Assembly (NCBI RefSeq): GCF_009914755.1
Contig: NC_060945.1
Origin: the human T2T-CHM13v2.0 reference genome, Homo sapiens
Strand: one strand, 5' to 3'
DNA: 64,000 nt
Positions 35,531 to 46,832 of the stretch are shown here, one piece after another; position 1 is the stretch's first letter, and every line of letters begins with the position of its first letter. Below the pieces are notes generated by a model. It saw only the letters and a program-made list of their open reading frames with translations. It had not been told where the DNA came from and did not search any database. Made by a program: the position numbers and the translations under genes.

Positions 35531-36099
35531 TATCAATGTCCTAGTAACTGTAGCAAGGACATTTTTGCTGGAAATCATTTAAAGCAGGTGTATTTGAGTC
35601 ATGTAGCATAGACAGCGGCATTTACTGCGAGTTTTTTACATCTAATATTGTTTATAAGATTTTATCTGTTGTCACATTTGTGAAATTTATGAAAAAAATT
35701 GGTTACGAACACTATCACAAGGTGGCAAAATCAAGCTTAGAAATCAATTAGTGACTCTGCTGTAAAATAGTATATATATACACACACACTCTTTTTAGGT
35801 ATACATTTATTAAATGCCATTAGAGTTGGTACAAAATACAATTTTTAGCTGGTGGCTCTCTACCGATTACAACGCAGCCAGCACAGCATACTTGGGTTTT
35901 CAAGCCTCGGGAGCTCACCCAGCAATACATAGCTAGGGAGAAGGGGTAGGGAGAATAAAAATCAGCGAAAGCCAGGATATTAATAAAGAGTTTTGATGGT
36001 TAAGGACAAGCAGGCGAATTAAGACTCTGGAAACCGAGAAGGTGTATAGAAAAGAAAACCAGAGAGCTGGACGACAAGGACACAGTAACAGCACAAGGG

Positions 36100-36500
36100 G
36101 ATTCATCTAAAGGGCATTCCGATGGAGCAGGCAGGCTGCGCCCCGAAAGGTGGGGAGAGGTTGGAAGCAGATGGGCAGGCACAGGCGAGCGTGCACTGCC
36201 TGAAAAAGTTTTCATGATGGCTCCAGCCTAATTTCCCAACGCTGGTCTCGGGCGCCACAAAACCTGGGCGGCCCGACCGGAGCCAGGTGCCAGCCTCAGG
36301 GCCGCCGGGCCCGGCGCAGCGTCCGGAATTCCTGCGATGTCTGGGGCGCGGCGGTGGCTCCTCCCCGCCCCCACCACGGCCTCCGCCGGCATTTTCCGGC
36401 TAGGAGGCCCGCCAGCCCTTCGAAGAACCGGCTCCACGCGCGGACGGTCGCGGCCGCCGCGCTTCCCGGGGAGAGAGGCGAGCGCGGCGCCCGGACCGCG
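36100..36500 (+). other. Candidate upstream alternative non-coding first exon (start uncertain)
   Basis: Donor-like GCG|GTGAGA at 36500/36501 in the 5' part of the island; I recall DYRK1A having alternative first exons. Confidence 0.35.
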
Positions 36501-37074
36501 GTGAGAGCCCTCCAGGCCCGGGCGCGCGGGGTGGGCTTCCCGGGTCCCCGCCCGAAGGCCGCGGCGCCCCTCCTCCTCCCCCTCCCCCGCCCGGGGCAGC
36601 CCGCCCCTCCCCCCGGCGCGGGCGGGGCTGCGGGCGCCGACGCGGAAGCGCGGGGCGCTAGGGCTGCGGGGGCGGCGGCGCGGGAGGCCGCGCGCGCTCC
36701 CCGGGCCGCAGTCGGCGCGGGCGCGGGGCGGGGCGGGGCGGCCGGGAGGCGGCGGGCGATCGCGCACAGGCCTGGCCGCCGCCTCGCCCCCCCTTCCCCA
36801 GCCCCTACCCTCCCTCGGCCTAGCCGTCCCCCTCCTCTCCCCTCCCCCGGGCGAATCACGCGCCCTCCTCTGACACTCGTAGCGGACCCGAGCTCCGAAT
36901 TTATCCTTCACGTGACCTGAGGGGGTTGGGTGGTTGGCTGGGGACAGAGGGGGAGACGGAAAGGAGGGAACGGAATCTGCCGTTACCTGAGCAACAGGCC
37001 CCGCCCGCCGGCTCGGGGCTGGGGGGCGGGAGGAGGACGTCAGCACGTCAGCCGGGGTTTTGCGTTTTGATTGA

Positions 37075-37944
37075 CAGTTGCTATAGCGACCGGGTCGGTC
37101 CGTCGCCATTTTGTTGGTTGGTTTTTTTTTAAACCCTTTCGCTTCCCGCCCGAATAATAATAAAAAGCCCCATTGGAGTGAGGCGGGGGTGGCGGCGGCA
37201 ACCGCGGCGGGGGTATCCGGGGAGACTGCTGCTGTCGCTGCTGCTGATCGCGGCCCAGGTCGGCCTCAGAGAGCGGACACCCCGAGCGGGGGGTGCGGGC
37301 GCCGCCGCCGCCGCTTCTGCTGCTGCTGTTCCTGCTGCTGCTGTTGGTGCCGCTGCCGCCGCCGGCGAGCAGGCGGGACCGGTGTGAGTGCGAGTGTGTG
37401 TGCGAGGGAGCGTGTGCGAGGGCGATTGTGCGCGCGAGTGTGCGGGTGTGTGCGAGTGTCTGTCTGTCTGTGCGGGGACTCGGGGGCGGGCGGTTCGGGC
37501 TCTCCTGGCGGAGGAGCCGCCGCCGCCGCCCGGGCCCCGGCGCTTCTCGCTGCGCAGGTTCGGAGCGCGCGCCATTTTGTGAGATTTACAAAATCCTCCT
37601 CGGGAAGAAGCCGCCGGCAGCAGCCGCCGCTCGGCGCCCGGCCTCGCCGACGCCGCCCTCTGCGCCGGGCCGGGCCGTGCGGCCCCGCCGCCTGGAATCG
37701 GGGCCCGGGGACTGCGGTATTTGCCGGGGAGGGGGCTGTCGCCTCCCCGGCCCCGGGCGCCGCTGGAACCGCGAGCCGAGGAGAGACTGAGCAGGCTGCG
37801 GCGCGGCCAGGAGCCGGAGCGCCGGGGGCGGAGAGAGGCTGCCGGGGCGGCGCTGGCTGCGGAGGCCGCGGCGGGAGCGCGGCGCGGGAGCCCGAGGCTG
37901 AGACTCACCGGAGGAAGCGGCGCGAGCGCCCCGCCATCGTCCCG
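37075..37944 (+). other. DYRK1A: Non-coding first exon (5'UTR), probably DYRK1A exon 1; TSS approximate
   Basis: Consensus donor CCG|GTGAGT at 37944/37945, no ATG, YY1 motif near the start. The 3' end '...GAGCGCCCCGCCATCGTCCCG' and a long downstream intron match my recollection of DYRK1A; not database-verified. Confidence 0.72.
37226..37362 (+). repeat. Interrupted (CTG)n/(GCC)n trinucleotide cluster in the 5'UTR
   Basis: 'ctgctgctgtcgctgctgctg' and 'gccgccgccgccgcttctgctgctgctgttcctgctgctgctg'. Confidence 0.85.
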
Positions 37945-38258
37945 GTGAGTGTCCGGCCCGGCCGCGGCCCCGCCCGGCCTGGCGCTCGGCTCCCCCGGCG
38001 GCCCGCAGCCGGGCCGGAGCCGAGGCCGGCCGGGCGGAGGGAGGGACCTGCCATTTTAGGAGGAGGCGCCGCGGGCCCAGGGCCGGCCGCCGGGGGAGGG
38101 AGCCTCAGGCCGGGTCCCGGAGGAGCGGCGGGCGCGAGCGGAGGGAAAGTTGCGGAGGGTGGGAGCGGGGGCCGCGGCCTCCCGGGAGCCGGGGCCTGGG
38201 GGTCCGTAGACAGCGCCAGACCTTCACTGGCCGCCCGAGCGAAGGGGTGGAGGTTGTC

Positions 38259-38297
38259 TTCCTCCTCCTCCTCCTCCTCTTCCTCCTCATCCTCTTC
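38259..38297. repeat. (TCC)n simple repeat
   Basis: 'cctcctcctcctcctcctcttcctcctcatcctcttcc'. Confidence 0.9.
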
Positions 38298-38419
38298 CCC
38301 CAGCTCCTCCCTCGTCCCTCCTCTCGGTCCCCACCAGTGTGGGAACCGCCGGGGTGATTCGCAAGGACAATGCACGGGTTAAGAAAATGGGGCCGGCTGC
38401 CGGGTGGGCGAGGACGGCG

Positions 38420-38448
38420 GGGCCGGGCCGGGCCGGGCCGGGCCGGGC
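38420..38448 (+). repeat. (GGGCC)5+ pentamer repeat, G4-capable
   Basis: Five full GGGCC units plus GGGC. Confidence 0.9.
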
Positions 38449-38984
38449 GCCGGCGAAGGTCGGGAGCCGCTGCCTCGGCGGCCCTGGGGGTCCGCGCTGG
38501 AGCGAGGGGCACTCACTGGCCTCCGAAGTTGGGCGGGGAGCGCGAGTGTCCCCGGCGGCTCGGGGTGGAGGGATGACCTGCCCGGCAGCCGGGGGAGTTG
38601 GTGGCTGAGGAGAGGTGAATTAGAATAGATACCTGTGTATCGCCACAAAACTTCACCAGTCTATTTATAGGCACAAACCCACTCTCGCTTCGGAGCCACC
38701 AAAGCTGCTGAGTAGCTCAGTACTTGGCGAAAGGCTCCTCCCTAATCTGAAATAGTTAAAAATGGTAAAATTAGTGAGTCAGTGACTCTGGTTACTTGCC
38801 TGTGCCTTTCGCCCAACCCTAGGTGACACGAATCCCATAATCTGGGCGCAGCGCAGGAATGCTAGCACCATTTGGTTCTTGAATTCCGCCCAAATTGTCA
38901 GAAAATACGCCTTAGAACGTTGTTTTCACAAGTGCCAGGCTCTGTTTTTAGGGTTTTCAGTGGATCGACCAGCTTGCCCAGCCG

Positions 38985-39110
38985 GTAGGAACTGTTCCCA
39001 TTTTATAGATGAGGAGAGTGAGTCTGGAGAGGGGCACTGACTGGTCTAAGGTCATACAGCTGGGACTCCAGGAGCCAGAAGGCTGTAGCCAGTCTGGAGT
39101 TGTGAATCAT
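38985..39110 (-). mobile_element. MIR
   Basis: 'cccattttatagatgaggagagtgag...aaggtcatacagct'. Confidence 0.7.
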
Positions 39111-42100
39111 TAGGGTGTAACTCATTATTAGAAATACTGGCAAATTTTGGAGTGATTCGTGTTTAATGACTCAGGGTTCTAACCTAGAGATGTGTCCCCG
39201 TAAGGTTTTTAGCGTGGAATTACCTTTGTGGCTTGCCGAGGCCAAAAGGTAAGGTAATGGTGATGAGGCCTGTTAATAAACTTTTCAGGCCTTTCCCCCC
39301 CCAAGAAAACTATGTAGTCAATTTTTGAATGAAAGGAATTAAAGATATTCCTTGATGTGTTTTGTACTTCAAACAATTTTGATTATAGTCATTTTTTGAG
39401 TATTGATGAGTCATAAGAAAGTTTTGTGTAAAGTTATTTTTAGTTATTCTTTGAATGCTTAAGGGTTCCTCTGTGACCCTTTTATAGTTTATGTGTCCAA
39501 AGTATTAATGAATATATTTAGCATTTTGATTTTGAGGTGTTTTAATAACTCAGGGGAATTACCTTTAGCTTTTGTGTTGTTTAATTTCTCATGTCTTGAT
39601 CAGTTACTTTAGGATAATATTGTTTTCAAGTAGACTTTTAAAAATGTGAGACCAGAACTAAAGTTTCATGTGTTAAGGTTTTAAGCTGCAGAAGATCATT
39701 TCAAAGAAACTGGTTATGAAAAAAGCTTACTTGATTATAGTCAAGATTTTTTACGCATACTTCAGGTATCCCAGTACTTTGGAGGATTTTCCCTGGTATA
39801 GCAGTGGTGTTTATGGTAGCTGTCCAAATTTATTTATACTTCAAACCATGCCAGAAAGTTAAGGATTTCTGTCAATGTCTACACCTAGTTCTCTTGTTAA
39901 GACTAGTAAAAAGTTCTCTTGTAAAAAGTTCATTTTTACCTCGAGAGGCATAAGCTCAGAGATTATTGCAGGAGGAAGGGTCACCCCTTGTGTTTGCCCC
40001 ATGAAGGCACACTCCTTTTTACCTGGTGGGTGTTGAAAAAATATTTGAAGGAATAGACCTGAATGAATGGTAATTATTGGTAGGGGTGGGAAATGGACTA
40101 AATGACCTAGTGAGATCTTTGTTTTGAGATCTAAGTATAAGATCATCTCTTAAACCTTTTAACAATATTTTGGTGGAACCTATTAGAAACTTAACACATT
40201 ATTGTGTGCAAGATATCTAAAAATAAGTCCAGTTTTTTAGAGGCAGTAACATTTAAGATAATTTAAAACATTCCATATTAGTGTAATGTCTTGTTAGGGA
40301 ATGTGGACAGTAAAAACGACCATTTGTTAAATTTTTTTTCCCCTCCAAAATATTGTCTGATGTTTGCTCCTTCGTGTTACTTATGGAGAGTTACTGTTTA
40401 TGACTTAAAGATATGGGGGTGGAGAGGCCTAGGTAACTGCAACAATGTATTTAGGTAATTTACATTAGGTTTTTAGAGGGCTATGACTGTCTGCAAAAGG
40501 AAAATTCAAGATACCTTGTTATAAACATGGTATACAGTGACCTTTGGCATGCATTTTGTTTTGTAACTACACGAAGTGTTAATTTGGATTGAATCTTTGT
40601 TTTCACTTGAAAACCTTTTTTTTTTTTTTAAGAAATAGCTTGGAAATTTAGGCTGCCCTGAGGTGTTTTCGTGTGTCTGTTTATGGTTGACAAGTATCTA
40701 GTTATGAGAAGAAAATGTGGATAGAATTAACTGTATTATAGGCGAGAAGGGAATTGCCTTATAATCTTGTGCCACTGAACACAAGATTAGTAGAAGAGTG
40801 GGCTTCACTTGTGACTTTCTTGGTATTTGTGATTAGGCGTGTGCCAGTTTGTCTTTGCTTTGGCATTAGCTTTCCTCATATTTGAGAAGGCTTTCACGTT
40901 TCCTGTACACACACAGGAAGCAGTTTCACCCCTCCCCAAGAAAAAACTTATCTAAACCCAGCAAAACCCAAAAACTTCCAGAAAGTCTTTATCAAGAATT
41001 TAGTTCCTCATCCCCAAAGTTGTGTTAGTCTTATTTTGTAGTAATCATAAGCAGTTATTTAAACTGAACCAAGAATCTTTACTTTCTGTTGAGTGTTTTG
41101 GTGATTTTACCTCCATATATGTTCGTCTATTTTCGATTTAGAAGTAAAGATATTACGTGAAACTATTAGTAATGTTTCCTGAAACTTGATACTAACAGTT
41201 TGCTCTGTGAAAGTGAATTGTGTGACCAGTGTAATAGCACCTTATGTATATATGGTGGTTTTGCCTTTTAAAAGACTTTTTACCAGATGTTATCTTGACT
41301 GTTGGGCAATTTTCTGATGGCTAGAGAGGTGGTAATTTATGACCCAAAGCTTGCTCAACTTTGGATTAAAAAGTTTGGAGAGTTAAAATTTGTGTTTAAT
41401 TACTTGGAAAAATCAGCAAATTATATTAAATTACCTAAAATTTCTCCTCAGTTGCTCCCAAATGAAGAAAGCTTTTTGAAATCTTGCCTTATGTCAGTGC
41501 TACAATTTTAAGCTAGAGTTGTAAAGTTTACCATAGAGTGTTTGAAAGTGAAATGTAGACTTCATGTGACTAAAATAATCATTGAAGGTTCGTTCATATT
41601 GGGTAATTGAAGAAAGATCTTATTTGTTAATACTGGCTACCAGCAGCCTTAGTTTGATTATTATTTTTTTATATGGAAACAAAATGATTTGGAAATATTG
41701 CACTGCGTAAGCCAGCTAGGTATTTAAAAAGTTAAGCTTTTGCTTTGAAATCCTACTTCCAGAGTACTAAAACGAGTGAGAATTGTTTATTGGTGATAAT
41801 ACCCTACGTTGAACACGTGAAATGGTGTGGTTTCTTTTGGGCATATATGTTTTGCTAATGTAGAACCATTTTGGTGTCTTGGCAATTGGTTCTTATACCA
41901 GAGCTATGTATCTTCTCTTCTAGAAAGCGATATTTAAAAGTTTGTATTACTGTTAAAACTAGGTTTTGACAAGTTACATAATTTTTTTTTGGTTTGGGGC
42001 AGATGCTCATATCTGATACATAGTGAGTAATAGCTTAAAATGTGTCTTTGTTCTTGTCAGTGAATATTCTTGTTTTATCTCCCCATGTTAGAAAAGTTTG

Positions 42101-42441
42101 TTTTAATTGATTTTTGGGGGGGGCCCAGTGAACTGGCTTAACATAGAATGAAACTGGCTTTCAGCATCAACTCTATTTTAAATAACATCCCTGTTCATTA
42201 AATAACCCCCTAATTTTTCTTGAGTGTATAACATTTCCAATGACAAGATTTGATTTTTTAATTTTTAAAAAAGCTTTCACAAAAAGCTTTTCCGTATTAT
42301 CATTATCTATATTATTTGATAATATAGAGCCATTTCGACATCTTGGCAGTTGGTTCTTCTACCAGAGCTATGCATTTTCTCTTCTGGGTTTTTCACAAAA
42401 GCTTTTGCATGTCCGTAAAATGTTATGGACATGTATGGTTA

Positions 42442-42790
<349 letters not shown>

Positions 42791-42849
42791 GTTTGAACTG
42801 TGACATCTGTCTGTCTGCTTGCTATCCAGTTATAGACAGCAGTTGAGGC

Positions 42850-43060
42850 AGCATGATACTGTGGAAAGATCCCCTGCCCATGAAACCATGAACAGAGGCT
42901 CCAGAATCTGGCTGATCTGAGTCTCAACAGGTTCTGTTGGCTGTGTGACTTTAGGTACAGTGATTTCACCAAACATCAGTTCCCTCATCTGTAAAATGAG
43001 GTTGATAGTAATTAGCATAGGAATCTTGTGAAAATTGAGATAATGCATGTACATTTCTTC
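42850..43060 (+). mobile_element. MIR
   Basis: 'ctgtgtgactttagg...cagttccctcatctgtaaaatgagg'. Confidence 0.7.
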
Positions 43061-44863
43061 ATGGATTTCTTTCTCCTCCTTTTTTCTCTCCTCATCTTCA
43101 TTCATGCTCATTCTGTGATCCTAGCATAAATATTTTCTTCAGAGAGGCCTTCCCCAAACCAGGTAGTCTTCCTTGGCCATGCATTCTTTTTTTTGGCCAA
43201 GCAGGACCATTTGTTTTTCTTTGCAACCCTTACTGCAAATATGATTATTCATATATGTTCTTATATATAATTGTTCATTAAATTTCATTTAATATAATTG
43301 TAAATTTAATTTCTCCATTAAATTTTAAAGTCCATTTGGACAGGAAGAAGTTTTTCTTGATCATGGCTGTAACTCCAGTGCCTGGCACATAGGGGGTTTA
43401 GATTCATAGAATGATAGAATGCGGAACCTGTATGTTGAATCCTTCCTGACTACCACTCCTTAGCCATGTCATCTTGGGCAAAACAGCTTCTCCTCGCTTC
43501 AGTATCCTGTATGCCAGATATAGATAGCACCGGCTGCCCTGCCCAGGATTTTGAGAATGTGAAATGAGACACTATAATGAAGTGCTGAAGTGTAAAATGC
43601 CATATAAATATAAAATGGCACAGTAGCAATAATCTCAGTAATGGGGTTATTCAGTAGGAAGCTCTATTGTGACTTAAGAGTATAGAATTTTAGCTTTGCT
43701 GAGTTGGTTGGTAGCTAATATTTAAGAGTTACGATAAATTTAAGCTTTCTTATATGTACCAGTTAGAATGTAGATGGGCCTGTTTCTGACTAAATACAGT
43801 GGCTTAAACGAGAAATTTATTTTTCCTTCATAAAACAACAGTATAACTTATCTAAGGCTGATATGGTGGCACCACGATGTGAGGGAGCTTGGTTCCTTCT
43901 GTCTTGTTGCTTTCCTGTGCTTACCATTTTCTTCATAGTACAAGGCAGTTTCTCACTACATCCACAGTCCAGGAATAGGATTTTGGGAAGGCACATTCCA
44001 TCCCTTTAAAGACAAACCTGGAAGTTGCATACATGATTTTTCTTCATACCCTATTGGTCATAACTTAGTCATGTGGCCATGTTTAGATACAAAGGAGTCT
44101 GGGATATGTGGTCTTTGATAGGTGACTATTTGGCTGAAAATTTGGGTCTACTGAAGAAGGGGAGAATGGGGGATGATTAAACATTGCCTGTTACACTTCA
44201 AAATGTTTTGGGAGAAGCTTCCAGAAATAGACTTTGAAAATACAATGGATTGCATTAGTTAATAAGTTTATTTTCTGTATTTAATCATTAATTTTTTAAA
44301 CTATGGTATGTGAATTCAAATAGACCGTTATGCAAAATATAAGTAAGTGGTCAGATTAGAAAAATGTAGCTATACTTTTAGTAGTGAAGGGATTTTGGGT
44401 CTAATAACAGTTATTTTACTGACGCTTTATTTTCTGATAGAAACATGGTTCTTGATTGCTGTGCTTGTATCACGTAAGCAATATTTGAAATCTGAGCTTT
44501 TGCATTTAGTGTTAATAGTCCACTGGACCAACTGAATGTCTTCTTGCTCATACCCTCAGCAAACAATGCTACAATAACACTCGCATGTTGTCAGGATGTC
44601 ATAAAGATTTGAGTCACCGAACACTGCAAGAAGGATGATAGCAGAGATATTTAAACGTACATTTACTATCTAGTATGTTCCTCTTGAATTCCTGTGGATT
44701 TGAAAAAAGAGAAATATAAATATCTAAGATTCCCTTAAACTATGAAATATTATTAGCTCTAGTACAGACTTGGGAAAACTAATGGTTCCCAAACAGTCTT
44801 CTGGAGAACTTGTCAAAGTTAAGAGATTTCCAAGCTCAGATGCCTCTCTTTCTGTAGGTTTAG

Positions 44864-45176
<313 letters not shown>

Positions 45177-45809
45177 CTGGAATCTGTTTTCTTAAGGACT
45201 CCAGGTAATCCTGATGCAGTAGGAACATTTTGAGAAACACCAATAAAGTTCATTTCTCACATATTAGAGAAGGAAGTGGGTGCAGAGAAGCTGAGTGACT
45301 AATCAGTGCCTCAGAATAAGCAGGCCTGGGACTAGCATTGTTTTTCCTGACTCTTCGTTCTTTGTTCTTTCTACAGAAGAGGGAATAAAGGACAAGGTGT
45401 ACAGAGTGCAGTGGGATTTTATAGGAATAGTTATCATCTTAAAGTAAGTATGTGGCTTTTAATGTGGGAGCTTATGTCTAGTGAATGGTTGGCCCAGTTG
45501 TCCTTTTTGCCCTATAGAAAAATAATGTGAATATTTAAATACTCAAGTGAATGTTTAAAGGTTAAGTGAATATTTAAAGGTGAAAAGCTGAAGGTTTTAA
45601 GTAAGGTTTTGTTAGTATCAGCACTATTGTGGGCAATGTATATACAGCATTAGAATAGATGTATAGGCAGCTACTTACTTGACATGATTAGAAGGAACAA
45701 AGGTAGTTCTTGTCCTCAAATTACTACTTTCCTTTTAGGTTGCTTGTAATTTTCACTGTTGGAATTCATTTCATTAGATTAAGATAAAATCTGGAATTCT
45801 CTAGTTTAA

Positions 45810-46135
<326 letters not shown>

Positions 46136-46199
46136 TGGAGGAATATTCTTTACCTGTTATGAGGTTAACACTTTATTTGTATCAGTTATTATTATTAGA

Positions 46200-46440
46200 T
46201 CTAGCCTGAAAACCCATAGCCCTAAATTGGAACAGGCATGCCTGTTTTTGCACCCAAAAGTTGCCTTTTGGCCCGCCAAGCCCCCCTCTTCCTATACCAA
46301 TATAAACCTGAAACCGCAGGCCCCACAAGCAGACGAGGAGATGAAGAACAGAATGACAGAATGGCTTGGCAGAGAGAAGAGAGAGTCTGAGTGCTGGGAG
46401 GAGTTCCACTGGGAGTGGTCAAAGGGGAGAACAGCTGCTT
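46200..46440 (+). mobile_element. ERV1-class LTR fragment (MER50/MER52-like)
   Basis: 'gcacccaaaagttgccttttggcccgcc...atataaacc...agcagacgaggag'. Confidence 0.6.
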
Positions 46441-46553
46441 AGTGCAGGTGTCAGTCCAGAAATCAGAATGATGCCTGCACTAAGAATGTTTTGGAAAGGA
46501 GGGAAGAACACAGTCCATGTGCCCTTTACTGAGAAAAATGAAGGGTATGTTTA

Positions 46554-46832
46554 GGCCAGGCGCAGTGGCTCATGCCTGTAATCGCAGCACTTTGGGAGGC
46601 CAAGGCGAGTGGATCACGAGGTCAGGAGTTCGAGACCAGCCTGGCTAAAATGGTGAAACCCCCATCTCTACTACAGATACAGAAATTAGCCAGGTGCAGT
46701 AGTGAGTGTCTGTAGTCCCAGGTACTTGGGAGGCAGAGGCAGGATAATTGTTGGAACCCTGGAAGCGGAGGTTGCAGTGGGCTGAGATCGTGCCACTGCG
46801 ACAGAGTGAGACTTCGTCTCAATTTTTTTTTT
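46554..46832 (+). mobile_element. AluS (Sg/Sc-like) with a T-run tail
   Basis: TSD AAGGGTATGTTTA at 46541-46553 and 46833-46845. Confidence 0.92.

Larger units (their letters stand above)
36230..38600. promoter_or_regulatory. DYRK1A: CpG-island promoter (probably DYRK1A)
   Basis: Very high GC and CpG density; GC boxes at 36717-36745, TCACGTGAC at 36908-36916, half-CREs at 37037 and 37045, E2F-like TTCCCGCC at 37143, YY1 CGCCATTTTG at 37104 and 37570. Gene name is from recall. Confidence 0.85.

Noticed and set aside
37111-38382. 423-aa + strand ORF and the overlapping 150-290 aa ORFs in the CpG island
   Set aside because: Mostly non-ATG starts, low-complexity Gly/Ala/Arg/Pro content, open in several frames on both strands because of GC content, and the longest runs through the splice donor. 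No recognisable domain.
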